DNA of 64,000 nt from Lepidodermella squamata (taxonomy: Eukaryota > Animalia > Gastrotricha): NCBI GenBank assembly GCA_047495785.1, contig JBLDXI010000013.1, forward strand, positions 2,418,001 through 2,482,000, written 5' to 3'. Below are positions 1 to 12,836 of the stretch, one piece after another. The stretch's first letter is position 1, and every line of letters begins with the position of its first letter. Under the pieces are notes generated by a model. That model searched no databases and was not told the origin of the DNA. It worked only from the letters and a program-made list of their open reading frames with translations. The position numbers were made by a program, and so were the translations under genes.

Positions 1-325
1 TATATTCGAAACACAATAAATTCGATGTTTCATCTTCAACTGACTTTTTCTGACTCTAAGTTAATAACGGCTTTAAAAACCATTTGTCAAGGCATGGTTA
101 CCAAGGTTCACGAGTGCCTCTAAAATGAAAAATGAAACGTTATTGTAATTAAATGTAATTTTCTTTAGTTCGAATGACATTTCAATGATCGACAATTATA
201 AAATAATCGAGGTCTGTGCTAATTAAGTGTATCATAGAGTATACCTATTGGAACTTATGATTTTATTTCATTGCTCATGGGCCCATGGACTCATTGCAGC
301 TCCTCCCAACATCGGCGCCGAACAA

Positions 326-552
326 AATGTTGGCCAAACTAAGACGATAAAATGAATGCATTAGACGAAGTTGGCCGAACATTTTTAAGGACTCCGATCT
401 CAAGACGTTCGCCCAGGTTCGACCAGGCCAAACTGGCGTCGACTAGGTTCAACTAACCGGTGCCGAAAGTTTCAAACTTCAAACAGGCCAAAACAGCTTC
501 GGCTAGGTTTGACCAAGCTAGGTTCGAATAGGTTCGACTAACCGGTGCCGAT
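326..552. repeat. Degenerate short-repeat cluster (AGGTTCGAC-like units; ACTAACCGGTGCCGA twice), probably a TE remnant
   Basis: Repeated ccaggttcgacc / ctaggttcaact / ctaggttcgaat / taggttcgact, and a duplicated actaaccggtgccga at about 452 and 537. Confidence 0.45.
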
Positions 553-1250
553 ATGGGTCGTGATTCGATCAAGAGTTGGATAACGTGAATTTTCTGTTGA
601 CCAATCAAGAAACCGAGACGAAGTTGCGGAGAAGCTGACTGCTTCAACCTTGGGGTGCCACTGCCCAGCGAGCTTTGAATGCTTCCTCGTCACTGCCACC
701 AGAGCGAATAAGTAATGATTCTCAGTCTTGATGCATTGCACATTTTATTCAGGAGGATTTTAAATGGCGGTATCAAAACCTTCGCAGAACAGTTTTTATT
801 CGACTGCATTTCGTGATATCAATCGATATTAGAACCCATTATACTTCGACTGATTAAAATTAAATTATCCGTATCAAACATGGTCAATTCTTTATAACTT
901 GTGCGGCGGCATGATTACAATTTTTGTTTTTCCAGGAGTTTCAACTTGCCGCAAAAGCGGACAATAAACTAATTAGGATTAGGATAGTTTTGACCAATAC
1001 TTACGTCAACGTGGGCAAGAGCAGTAGAAACATGCTGTGTTCTCGCTCGTTAAATCTTGGCAGTCCATGTGATTTCAATCAGCTCTTCGTAAAATGACTT
1101 GATTCAGACTCCAGATACTCGATATGAATTCATCAAGCCTATCACAGGACACTTAACAATAAGAAAACCGCAAACAAACATGCAAACAAACGCCTTCCTC
1201 ACAAAGATATCGACACTCAACGTCTATTGACAATCTTCATTCTCAAGGGC

Positions 1251-1330
1251 TCTGTTAATTTAATCTGAAACAGTTAATCTGTTAACAGTTAATAGTTAAC
1301 AGTTAGTTGCTCTGTTAATCTGAAACAGCT
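1251..1330. repeat. AT-rich micro-repeat (GTTAA/CTGTTAA units)
   Basis: tctgttaat...ctgaaacag occurs twice, with several gttaa units between. Confidence 0.45.
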
Positions 1331-2396
1331 GTTTCCTAAATTTCTCACTGTTCATTCAATATCGAGGGATTCAATTCCATTATTTTATTGGTAAATTTCA
1401 ATTGGCTTCAGACTGAAAGAATTCTGAGCGAATCCCGTTGAGCTTTTAAGCCGTTTCATTCACATAAGCTACAGCAGAACTGAACTATAAGTCAAACAAT
1501 ATTAGCTCCTGCATGATTCCTTCGATTCTTGATAGAATCCGAGGTCGGGACCCGGTTAAGAAATCAGGTCTCGGACTGAAAACTTGAGATCAAAACTCTC
1601 AAAATCCTGCAGTATCCACAAATCTCCTACGACACAAAAACATTTATTTATTACCCAAAATTGTCAATTTGTTTTTTTAATGTTGTTTTAGCAATGAAAT
1701 TAGTTACTTATTGAATAAGATTTTCAGTTTTGACATTTAATTTTTCGAAAATATTTGGCGCTGATGTGGCGTCTTCTGCGTGATTTTAGGTAGTGAGTTG
1801 GAAACCTTCCAAGTCATCTTTAATTTTATGTTAGTCCTGTTCAGATACCATTGTTCTTGATGCCAGATGTCAAATGACATTCGCTTTATGCAGTTGATCG
1901 CGTAAAAGCCAAACTGAGTTCGCTGTAGAGGCGAGAAGCGATGATCTAGAGTGAACGAGACCGACCTATGACGTACCCTTTACCCTTGGTCCATCGTAAA
2001 CTTTCTCGGGAACGCCATCATGGACCATCGTCGTTTTCGCACTTGTCATGCTGATAGTGGATATTAAACTCTTCGGAGCGTGCAACTTGTGACAACTACT
2101 GCTAGGTTCATCTGCTCACTGTCTGTACTTGGAACTTGAAATTCAATTATTACTGCCGGTGGCAGAAATAGCGGCTGCGAGACCCTTACACACATACGCT
2201 GTGCGAATCTACACCCATCCTCTTTCTCCGAATCAGAATTATTTGATTTATTTTCCGTCTTGCCACAGGTAGTGACTTTCAAGTGATTAGTCGACAGAGC
2301 GCCCAGTGAACTACTTTTTGACGAAGCTTGTCGCTGATTACTTCCGATCATTATTGTCAATAGTTTGCATTATAGATTATATAAATAAGTTTTAAA

Positions 2397-3605
2397 ATGA
2401 AGCTTGTAATCCGCTCGGCAAATCACAAACAACCTGATTTTCCCGTGGTTATCACCGATCAGATGAAGACGATTGGAGATATCAAACTCCATTTATCTCA
2501 AAACTATCCTGACAAGCCCGATAAAGCGTTTATGCGCATGATTTTTCAAGGTCATTTGCTTGCAGATGTTAAGCCAATCAGTGAAGTTTTCAGCGCTGAT
2601 CAAGACGAATACGTCGTACACTTGGTTTGCTTGCCAAGAATAAAAACAGATCCTGAATCGTCTGTCAACTCGACATCAAATACGGCTCCTTCTCCTATTC
2701 AACCACCCAGAGAACCTATTCCGTCAGTACATATCAGAGAAGCGCCTGTCGCTCCTACCGCCTTCACCGGTGTCACTAATCCCTTGCCCGCAGCTGCAAT
2801 TCCGATTCAAGCTATGCCGCAATTGAATTGGGTGAACTCTCCCATTTATCAAAATATATCTGGCCCGGTCCGATCAGATGTTGCTTTCACAGAGTGGTAC
2901 GCTCGGTATTATGCGGGCTGGTTGATGTATTTGTCAACGCTACAGGCCCAAGCTATGGGGGTTTCTAATGCTGATATAATCCGTTTACAAGGTCAGTTCC
3001 AAAGTCCTAACGTACAGCAAGTCCCACCACCCCCGCCTGGCGCTGCTGGTAACCCAAACGAAGGCCAACCCGCTCAACAAAGGGCCCAGGATAATCGAGG
3101 TATAAATGCTGCTGCTGGGCCTTTGTTCGACGATGATGATGAAGATGGAAGAGCACGTGATTTGCTCGATTGGGTATATGTCGCTGTCCGAGCAGGAATT
3201 CTGCTTTCACTCATATACTTGTACTCGAGCATTCCTCGTATCGTCGCCCTTATTGCTATGCTTGGTTCTGTTTGGCTTTTGCGAGCTGCCGTCGGCGGTT
3301 TGAACAGAGGTCAGCAAAGACAAGGTCAACAGCCAGCTCAACAGAGACAGGAAAACAATCAACAACAACAACCGCCGCAACAGCCCCCGCCTGAAAATAA
3401 TGGCGCCGAACCTGCAGCAGCTGCGGCAGCTCGACCCGCATCTGAAGCGCCGCCCGCGAATGCTGAAAATCAGCAACCAGCCGTTCAACCACCTGTCCCG
3501 GCACCTGTTCCGACTTACCGAATCGTATTGAGTGCAATCGCTGGCTTCTTTTTATCCCTGTTCCCGGACGCCCCTGGCTTGCAACAACACCAGCATCTCG
3601 ACTGA
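2397..3605 (+). CDS. HERPUD: HERP family ER membrane protein with N-terminal ubiquitin-like domain (ERAD); intronless CDS
   Basis: N-terminal UBL (RMIFQGHLLAD...VVHLVC), Pro/Gln-rich middle, HERP-like RDLLDWVY...LYSSIPR membrane segment, C-terminal FFLSLFP. Confidence 0.88.
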   Translation: MKLVIRSANHKQPDFPVVITDQMKTIGDIKLHLSQNYPDKPDKAFMRMIFQGHLLADVKPISEVFSADQDEYVVHLVCLPRIKTDPESSVNSTSNTAPSPIQPPREPIPSVHIREAPVAPTAFTGVTNPLPAAAIPIQAMPQLNWVNSPIYQNISGPVRSDVAFTEWYARYYAGWLMYLSTLQAQAMGVSNADIIRLQGQFQSPNVQQVPPPPPGAAGNPNEGQPAQQRAQDNRGINAAAGPLFDDDDEDGRARDLLDWVYVAVRAGILLSLIYLYSSIPRIVALIAMLGSVWLLRAAVGGLNRGQQRQGQQPAQQRQENNQQQQPPQQPPPENNGAEPAAAAAARPASEAPPANAENQQPAVQPPVPAPVPTYRIVLSAIAGFFLSLFPDAPGLQQHQHLD

Positions 3606-3843
3606 GAAATTTTTCATTGAAAGCATGCTGTGAAAAGGCACAATATACTTCATGGAAACTTGAAAAGGTGGCATCACTGTGTAATAACAATATGATGATG
3701 GTATTTTAGTAAATTCTGTTACTTCGCTTTTTGACATTGAAAAACAGTCATATTTATTGAGAAATAAATCTATAGTGCATTTGTTCAATCGGCTCGTGTG
3801 TTTTTGCATTTATAGTAAATATTAGTCACTTGATTTGAACTTT

Positions 3844-5717
3844 ATGTCGGGAAAAATCAAGCAGATCGTTCCACCTCACGCTCCGATTTCTCGGATCGAG
3901 CTATTAATTTACGCAATTGCATTTGTTTCAAGCCTCGGATATGGAATATACAACGTTGCTCAAGTTTCATCATGTAAACCTTTTGGAATAATAAAAATTT
4001 AAAAACTTTACGAAGTTCATTTTTTCGCCAGTGATAAGCAGCCATCTGGATTTGAAACAACGATTATTGGCGAAAGGACTCTTGCTCAAATCATATCGGG
4101 TAAGTTTCGAACGTATCATCGAGCTTCTTTTCTAAAATTTTCCAAACATAGGACAATAAAGACACTGAATGGAGAGCTTTCGAAAGCTCGCTTTTTGTAT
4201 TCGCTATTTTTTACTTGATAAACGCAGCAACAACCTGGGTTTTGAAACATTTCGCAGCTCTACAGGTAATTTTGAATTGAAAACTTCCTTAATTTTTACC
4301 ATGAACAATTTCAGTATCGGCGATATTTTGCTACGTTCATCGGCATCGCAAATAAGATTTTTGTCATCGGGCCTTACAATACCACTGTAATGCTTGCAAG
4401 TGCCACTTTCACTTACTTCGGCATGTGTTTCACAAATCCGCTCGTTGTTAGCTGGCTCATCGGCCTCATTATAACACATCAGCCATTTGAAGTAATTTTT
4501 TCCCATTCAGCATTGAGTAATATTTTATTACCGATTTTCCAAAGTTTGAAAAAGGGAAAAATTCTTCATTTCCTATTCCGGTCGAACAATTCGCCAAATC
4601 ATTCGCATATTGGCATTTTGCATGGAACGTTATGAGATATATCAGGTTTGAACCTTTGATAGCATTGCATTTTATTGAAAATTGCCATGTTTTCTAGTTT
4701 TGGCTCTGAATGGAGCTGGAATCGATCGAGGCAGAGTCAAAAGAACGATGCTGACCGACATGAAACTTACTCATTCATCGATTTGTTATGTTACTGCTTC
4801 TACTCGCCTACTCTGATCGGTCCATTGATTTCGTACCCAGAATTTCATCGACAAGTTATCCGCAGCGAAAATTTGTTGGATTCCGATTTAACAACAAAAT
4901 TTTCGACCAAAACGTTTCTACGCAAAACTGGGATTGTTGTATCTTGGGCCGTGGTCGTGTTATTTACGAAAGAATTTTTATATTTACACGTGATCAACGT
5001 CAGTACGGATTTGGCTAAGCTATTGAATGGATGGGGCGCGACGGCATTCAGTAAGATTTTATATTAAATTAATTTAAAAATTAAAATTAAAATTTTTCAG
5101 CCTGGGCTCATGGACAGTTTTTTCAAGCGAAATATATGGTGATATATGGCGCACCGTGGCTTGCGGCTTACTTAGACGGGGCCGTTCAACTGCTGCCTTT
5201 ACCAATTTTCATCTCGCGAGTTTATTCCTACTCGCAAATGTGGAAATATTTTGACACTGGACTGTATGATTTTATCAAGCGTTACATTTACATTCCACTT
5301 GGCGGCTCGAAAGATCACTTGTTGTCTAGTCTCGGTGTATTCACCTTTGTTTTTGTTTGGCATGGGCTTAATAAGTCAATTTTTATATGGACCGCTGTCA
5401 GTTTCTGCCAAGTTTTATTAGAGCGGCATTTTTCTACGGCAGCTGATGATTCAAATTCTTTATTATTCCGATATTTTCGTAACAATTTATCCGCATCCAA
5501 TTGGAGACGTTTAACAGCATTGGGCTGGTCGACGAGCTTCCACCTGACTGTTGCTGTAATTCCGTATTTTCTAATGAGTGATGAAGTTGGCGAATTGATG
5601 TCTTATTGGATTATGAGAAATTTCGATGTTGTGTTCTTTATTCGTGCGATTTTTACTTATTGCTGGGTACAGACTGTGTTTTCATGGGAGAACTGGCATG
5701 CAGGCTTTCAGCTGTAA
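3844..5717 (+). CDS. HHAT: HHAT/Rasp-like MBOAT protein-cysteine N-palmitoyltransferase, copy 1 (7 exons)
   Basis: ATG 3844 (MSGKIKQ...). Short GT-AG introns give an open frame with DNKDTEW, YCFYSPTLIGPLISYPEF, WKYFDTGLY and FVWHG (catalytic His). Confidence 0.8.
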
Positions 5718-6549
5718 GTCTCCAGTCGTAAAATCTCCAGCCTTTTAGCCATCTATTGCTTCATTTCCATAATTTTCTAGATCTGAGTGAGCGATTCTGC
5801 ATTCCTTTCCATCATCGATTTTTTTCCCTGATTGATGATCTTTCAACTTTACCTTATCTGGTCAGTGATTTCTTGTCCCTTTTTATTTTATAAACCTGTT
5901 TATGACTGTTGCTCATGATTAGTTACCAGGTTTCGGTGCTGAAATAAATTTCGAATATGACTATAAAATGTGAAGCATGTTTTTATTGCGTATCTTCAGC
6001 AGTTTTTTCAATTGCAGGAAATCATCCAATTTATCCTGCATGAATGACAATATTAAAAGATTCCTTCATTTGATTAGAAAAACGATGCGCTAATTAAGAA
6101 CGCGTAAAAAACGATCTATGAATAGCTCGAGTTTCAATAGCTCTGAACCCGCTGGCACAAACACGGCCTGAGCAAAGTAGGATCGAATTAAATTATTTAT
6201 TTTTGTGTGGTAAACTCGCAAAGATTCGAGGCACCCTAAGGTTCGAAGAGGTTTTTTTATAGTCCGGCAATCGAGTTTTCTACACAACTCTACACTACTG
6301 TTTTTGCTGCTCTCCAAATGAGCTTCAGTAGAGGGCCACCCGACAGTTCAAAATGATTAAACCAAGCACGAGCGTTTGAATTTTGAATCAGCAAAACTAG
6401 ATTTGATGGCACGAGCCAACTGCTATTTTTCTAATCACGTCCGCCAATGAGAGCAGTTGGAATTTCAATTTGAATTTCAAGAACCTCTGCTACCTTGAAT
6501 AGTAGTTGAGTCATAAATATAACAATATTTTTGCGTTCAACTGTTCGCC

Positions 6550-8424
6550 ATGGCTATCGAAGTCGATAGCACAAGAACCAAGCAATCCTCTTCGCCACAC
6601 GCCGCTATTTTCAAAGTTGAGCTTCTGTTTTACGCTGTAGCATTCACGCCAGCATTGGGATACGGTATTTACAATGTAGCTCAAGTTTCCAGCGGTAAAT
6701 TTTGAAAAAATATTCTGTTTAAAACTATTATAATTGCTGTTTCAAGCTATTGCCGGCCACGAGAAGCTTTCAAAAAGTCTGCTGAGCCCGGGAGTTTTGA
6801 TCAGAACTTATCGGGTGAGTTTGCGATTAAGTTAAATTCGAGGTAACATTGAATGAATAACACAGGACGATAAGGACAGAGAATGGAATGTCTTTGAAGA
6901 CAGCCTCACCTTATTCTTGAAATTCAATTTGTTAAACGCGGCTGTTACATGTACTTTGAAATACCTATCGGTTCTTCAGGTAAGGTCTCCTGCATTCAAT
7001 AATTTTGACCCTTTTTACGATTTTTTATTAGTATCGGCGCTACTTCGCAACTACCATCGGAATAGTGCTAATTTTTTTCTTTATTGGTCCATTAAACACT
7101 TCTATTATGCTTGCATTCGCCGCCTTCACCTATTTCGGCATGCGTTTTGGCAATTCAATGCTTGTTGGATGGCTTATGGTTCCAATTATAATCAAACGGA
7201 TTTTCGAAGTAATAATTGAATTTTGATTGACCCCAAAATGATACACCTTTCAAGTTTGAAAAAGGTGAACATTCAGCTTTCCCGATTCCAATTTCGAAAT
7301 TCGCCCCATTACTTTCGTCGGTACATTTGTCTTGGAATGTTATGAGATACATAAGGTCAGTCTTTGGAAGCTTCATACGTCCCAAAATTGATATTAAAAG
7401 CTTTGACCTGGAAGCTTTGGATCTGAATGGCATTGGCTTCGATCGAGACAAAATCTGAAGAATGAATTCAGTAACCAATCGGAAAATTATTCGTTTATCG
7501 ATTTTTTGTGCTACTGCTTCTACCCGCCAACTTTAATCGGACCTCTGATTTCATATCCCGAATTTCATCGACAAGTCATTCGAAGTGGGAATATCCAATC
7601 AACGTTTAGCGCCAGGATGATTTTGCGGCAATTTGCGACGGTTGGAATCTGGGCTTTTGTCGTCCTGTTGACCAAGGAATTTTTGTATCTTCACGTCATA
7701 AATCTTAGTGCTGAATTGGCCAAGTTATTAAATGTATGGGGAGCTGGTGGATTCAGTTGAGTTTTTCAATAATTTTTAATATTTTCGACACAATTCGAAT
7801 TTTTTAGCATGGGCCCATGCGCAATTTTTCCAGGCAAAATATATGGTTATCTACGGAGTCCCCTGGCTAGCTGCTTATCTGGACGGAGCAGTTCAACTAC
7901 TACCCCTGCCGACTTTCATATCCCGAGTTTACCACTACTCGATGATGTGGAAATATTTTGACACCGGGTTGTATGATTTCATCAAGCGATATATCTACAT
8001 TCCACTAGGCGGGACAAAGTACCATTCCATAACCAGCCTCGCTGTTTTCTCCTTCGTCTTTGCATGGCATGGACTAAGTAGGTCGATTTTCATTTGGAGC
8101 GCAGTCAGCTTCTGCCAAGTCATGTTGGAGCGTTATTTTTCAACAGCTGCTGATGACTCGAATTCGTGGATTTTTCGCCGTTTCCGATCAACGCTTTCTC
8201 CATCGAATTGGCGACGTTTAACCGCCCTCGGTTGGTCGATGAGTTATGGTTTGACTGTTGCTAGTTTTCCATACCTTGTGATGAGTGATAAAGTTGCCGA
8301 TTTAATGTCTCCCTTACTCGTCAGAAATTTGGATGCAGTTTGCCTTGTTCGAACAGCGCTCACCTATTGCTGGGTGCAAACTGTTTTCTCATGGGAGAAT
8401 TGGCATGCTGGGTTTTCTTTGTGA
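6550..8424 (+). CDS. HHAT: HHAT/Rasp-like MBOAT, tandem copy 2
   Basis: ATG 6550 (MAIEVDS...). Same exon layout and motifs as copy 1 (DDKDREW, WKYFDTGLY, FAWHG). Confidence 0.8.
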
Positions 8425-8770
8425 CAAATGTTAAAATAAAAAATAAAAAATGAACTTTTGGCCATGTTGTGACGCTATTAATGATGTCAGATATCGAGCT
8501 GAGGGCCATGAAGTAACATTCCAGAAACTATAATGACCCGATAAAAATGAATCAACTTGTCACGAAACTTTCTCGGTGCAACAACCAGGCTTCCCGCGCA
8601 TTTTTTACCACTAAATTGTCTCGGAAAATGATAATGCGTTTGCAGCACGAAATTGATGAAGTTATCGTTTTTCCTCTATAAAAAATTACTGCTCATACCT
8701 GCAGAGTTTATAACGATTCAGCTCAATTACTCATAGCACTAAGCGAAACAATTTCTAGTTCCCGAGAGCC

Positions 8771-9626
8771 ATGGCGGAATACGGAGCTACCACGGATCAG
8801 CCATTTGCAGAAAGGAGGGTAAGAACAGCCCACAATTTAATCGCCAGTTTAGTCAATCTGCCGCTATTAGGATTCCGATAGCCCGGTTAGGGTTATGGAT
8901 GAATACAATCACGGGCTATGCAGCTGCTTCGACAACTTTGGGAATTGTAAACCTGATTTTTTGAGAACGCATGGATGTTTTCAAGCTAACTGTTTCGAAT
9001 TTACAGGCATCATTGTGACATTCTGTTTCCCGATTGCGGCGTGTATTGTGGCCCACAGGCTTGCTGAAAACGTTTTGTATCCAATTTGCTTCGGTATTGA
9101 CTCATTGTTTCTCATCTAAACAAACCAAACCAAAATGTGAAATGATTCGTTCAAACAGGACCCATTCCGTTGAGCGTGCGTTTCCGAAGCGTAGCAAAAA
9201 TTGAGGTAAGTTCCGAATTCATAAAGCTAAAGTTCAAATTACGCTTGATCACCTCATTCCTCCTCTTCGCCTATTATTTCCTAAACTTGATGGTCAGTTC
9301 TCCGTGAGAATATTGCCATCTTTCATAATTTCCAGTCCAATGAAAATGCGAAAACTGAATTAGTGAAAATTAAGGTGGTTTCTGAAGGATTTGAACGCTA
9401 ATAATCTCCCGTCATTATTCCCTAAAATGATGAAATATTTCGATCAAGAAATGCCTGTTATACTTTTCTTAATGTCAGATGCCAACTATATTTTTCCAAT
9501 AATTGTCTACTTATACAGCAAGGAATGTGCGAAGAAGGTATGCAATGGGTCTGCTGCCCGCTGTGTTCCATGTGCCGCATGATGAACGAAATGGAATCTC
9601 GCGGATTCGCCATGGAGCGCGTCTAA
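8771..9626 (+). CDS. PLAC8/cornifelin family Cys-rich protein (about 5 exons)
   Basis: YNHGLCSCFDN, TFCFP and C-terminal VCCPLCSMCRMMNE motifs joined over GT-AG introns. TATA-like TATAAAAA at about 8677. Confidence 0.75.
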
Positions 9627-9835
9627 TTCATCCCCATAACCCAACACTGGTCTCCTTCACCACGAATAAGGTTGCGGAATATTTATCCTTGCTTTCAATG
9701 GGAATGAATGGAAATAAAAACACAGCGGAAAAATATTCAAAAATGACTTTATTCGCTCGATAAAGCTTGATTAGATTGACTTCGGAAGACTTATTCAGTG
9801 TTCACAACTTGTTTTTGTTTATTATTATATTTCAT

Positions 9836-12053
9836 TCAGGAAGCTTGTTCCAACATGAATTTGACCAATCGCTTCTGCGTGAGAACAAAAATAGCCGAAT
9901 TTGTGACCTGGAATCCAATGATAGCCTCATCAGGTGGGTCGATAGCAATCACATGTTGGCGCGAAACCGTCTGTTTTCCGCCGCTTTTCCGATTAATCAG
10001 AGTAGCAGGCTCCGCACACCGGTACACATAGATGTGATGTCGGCAGTCGGCGACAGCAGCCAGTCTCAAATCAGGCGTGCAGGACGTGAATCTTCGGTTT
10101 TCTTTCGATTGCAAAACATAACCGAGGGCGTCGAAAGTTGACACGTGTTCGAAAGATCGCTTCACAGTAGCAGATGAGTAGTCGCTAACTGGTCGCCAAA
10201 CACACCCGTCTACATCGCTTTTAATACAAACATCGACATTGGGATGCGAGCGGTTGAATAAGAAGGCTTGGGGTGAGCCGACGTAAATGATGGCACAAGT
10301 TTTTCCGCTTTCGTCGAACCACTGAACGACGGCTTCGTTTTCAGATTCTTCGCCATTTTTGCTTATTTTCGCGCTCACGTCATCAGCTTCATCGTCATCG
10401 TAAATCGACTGACGTCCGTGCTTTTCTCCTGGATGCGTCAATTCTCGAACCTAGAACATAAAGGTAAACAAATCAGTAAATTTCAGTTCGCAAAAACAAG
10501 TCAAGGCCGTTAAAAAGTTGAGCAAAATTACCGGCAAATCGCGAAAAACACTGACTTCAAAAAGGACAATTCAGTATAAAATCAAAATCAAACTAATATT
10601 TCCCGAACTTAATATTTCCCATTTATATGAAAAAACCATGCCCAAACAGCAAAAATAGCATAAATGAGAATGAGCATGGAGATTTTATAAGAAATAAGAA
10701 AACTATTAGCGCTAAAATCCGCCCTGGCAATGCCAAGTTGATCCTGCGATTTTCCCATGTTTGATTAAAAAGTTGTGGCTTCTTCAAAATATCGTGAGAA
10801 ATACAGTTTTTCTCATAACTCACAAGTTCCAGCTGTTCTTCGTTGAGAATCATATGGCCCCGCTCATCACCAATAATGCACGTGATCCAGGTTGCTGGCT
10901 CGGCTTTAGTCAGAGTTATTTCCAACTTCTTGATACAGGGGTGATCAGCATAGGGATCCTTCACGAACTCAGGGCTATCATCCAAAGTCCAAGTTGAGCC
11001 CTCTACATCAATATCACCTCCAAGTTGCCCACTCAGTTCAAAGCCGCCGAGAGATTCCTCGCCATTTACTTTCACGTGAATAGCATCGCGTTTGAATTCA
11101 ACAGAGATGTCCTCTTTTTTCGTGTTGACTTGAAGAGATGAGAAAGTTAGCACGACTGATTCCTTGTCCTGGTGCCACGAATATAAACGCCCTTCGCCTG
11201 GTGCAGTTTTATGCTCAGTTTCTACCTCTTCAGGCAACATTACGTTGATAAAAGGTCGTTCGCCTCCCAAAATCACGCCGTCACCTTTGCCCTTTCGGAC
11301 AGCTAGTGAGCATGTTGAGCTTGAAACAAATCGACCCTGGCATGAAATCGCCCATGATAATCCGTCATCGGATTTTGAAAGCCGATGCCAATAGACAGAA
11401 GTGGCGAAACCACTCTCTTCAGAAATCGTCGCTCTGTTGGCTGAGGCTAGTTTCGTCCGAACCCATTGCGGTAATTCGTTGCAGCTCTCAGCGGCCAGGC
11501 TGAAAAAGTCAATAGTCCCATCCTCGGCAACGCTGGCATTGTCCATAATCACAGCATGAGGAGCAGTACCTTCGTTTGGCAGTTCGCCCGTCCAAACAAC
11601 TTTAGCACCGAGTTCTGGAGTTTTTGTAACTTCCAAGACGAACACGCCGCCAACACCATTTTCAACAATCAAAACTTTTTCGCTAGCGAAACTGGCTGAT
11701 ATTGTTAGACCCTGCTTGCTAGAATCGGCAGGAACTTTCCAAACCGCCTTACGGGTAAACATATCATCCAGGTCTATTAAGACCAACTCGCCAGATGAGT
11801 TGAAGACAGCGCCAATGCTACTTTCTCCATCTCCAACAGAATTCACGGCAAGTGCGTTAAAATCCGTGCAGATTTTCGCGTGGTGGAAAGAATGGCAGGA
11901 CTCGGGCTTGTAGCATTCCGAAATTTCACTGTCCAATTTCAACTCAGACGACAAAAAGGCATCCAGAGACAGCTTGTACGACTCGAAATGGGGATTCAAC
12001 AGTGACCGATTCGGTCTCAAATCAATTACAGATGTTTTGTGTTCAACAATCAT
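9836..12053 (-). CDS. NUDCD1: NudC domain-containing protein 1 (exons 12053-10824 and 10450-9836)
   Basis: LRPNRSLLNPHFESYKLS N-terminus, CS domain (YSWHQD...STWTL), C-terminal DVDGCVW and HVSTFDALGYV. Canonical splice sites. Confidence 0.88.
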
Positions 12054-12143
12054 TATTAAGGCCTACAAACGTGAAAATAATAACTCATCAGCTGACTAAC
12101 CTTTAACAAATAAAAATGGAGACAACAGATAATTAATAATTAA

Positions 12144-12836
12144 TTAATCATCTTGCCCGAGAAGTTCGGCTACGCGCCGCTTCAGTTCTTCAACTCTTTG
12201 AGCATTTTCCTCTGTTAACACCATCTCATCATCTTCAGCTAGTTCGCCCTCGTTATCTTCGCTTTGTTCAACGTGACGTTTCTTGCCACGTTTGTTTTTC
12301 GAGAACTTATTGCCAATGGTTTTTGATAATGACGTGGCCATATCTTCATTTGAAATAGACATTTCGGTTGTCTCATCAGTTGTCACTTTCTCGACAGTTC
12401 GCCTCTTCTGACGATGCAATTTCTATTACCAAATTATAGAATTATAGAAGCCAATTGATGTGGTTAGGTGATGAAATTATACCTCGATATCTTCGTTGAA
12501 TCCTTGATACGAAACTCTTCCGTAAGGAAAGTTGCGGCATTGAGACAAACTCACTTTGCGAACTGACGGGACTGACGGGCTGCAAATCAGCAACGAAAAT
12601 GATAACGTTTAGCAAAACACTGTCAGTACATACGTAACTGTGACGGCTTCGTCGTATTTCCATTTTTCTTCAGTCTGCAGTTCTGGGAGATTCGTTTGCG
12701 GACCTTTAGCCCGAGACCTTTGCATAAACTACGTATGCCAAAAATCTCAATGGATTAACACAATAAAGAGGTGACTTACCTTCATTGCCAACACATTTTT
12801 CGATAGAGACATCGATGAAGTTGAGGTATCCTCCAT
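12144..12836 (-). CDS. MPHOSPH6: M-phase phosphoprotein 6 (nuclear exosome cofactor), about 4 exons
   Basis: Spliced LSKNVLAMK|FMQR, then GRVSYQGFNEDIE|K and ISNEDMA...TIGNKF, matching the MPP6 pattern. Confidence 0.82.

Noticed and set aside
410-540. tRNA genes suggested by GGTTCGA motifs
   Set aside because: No cloverleaf or A-box spacing; the motifs are part of a local repeat.
9206-9518. C/D snoRNA in the PLAC8-like intron (ATGATGA at about 9427)
   Set aside because: No suitably placed downstream CTGA box or terminal stem.
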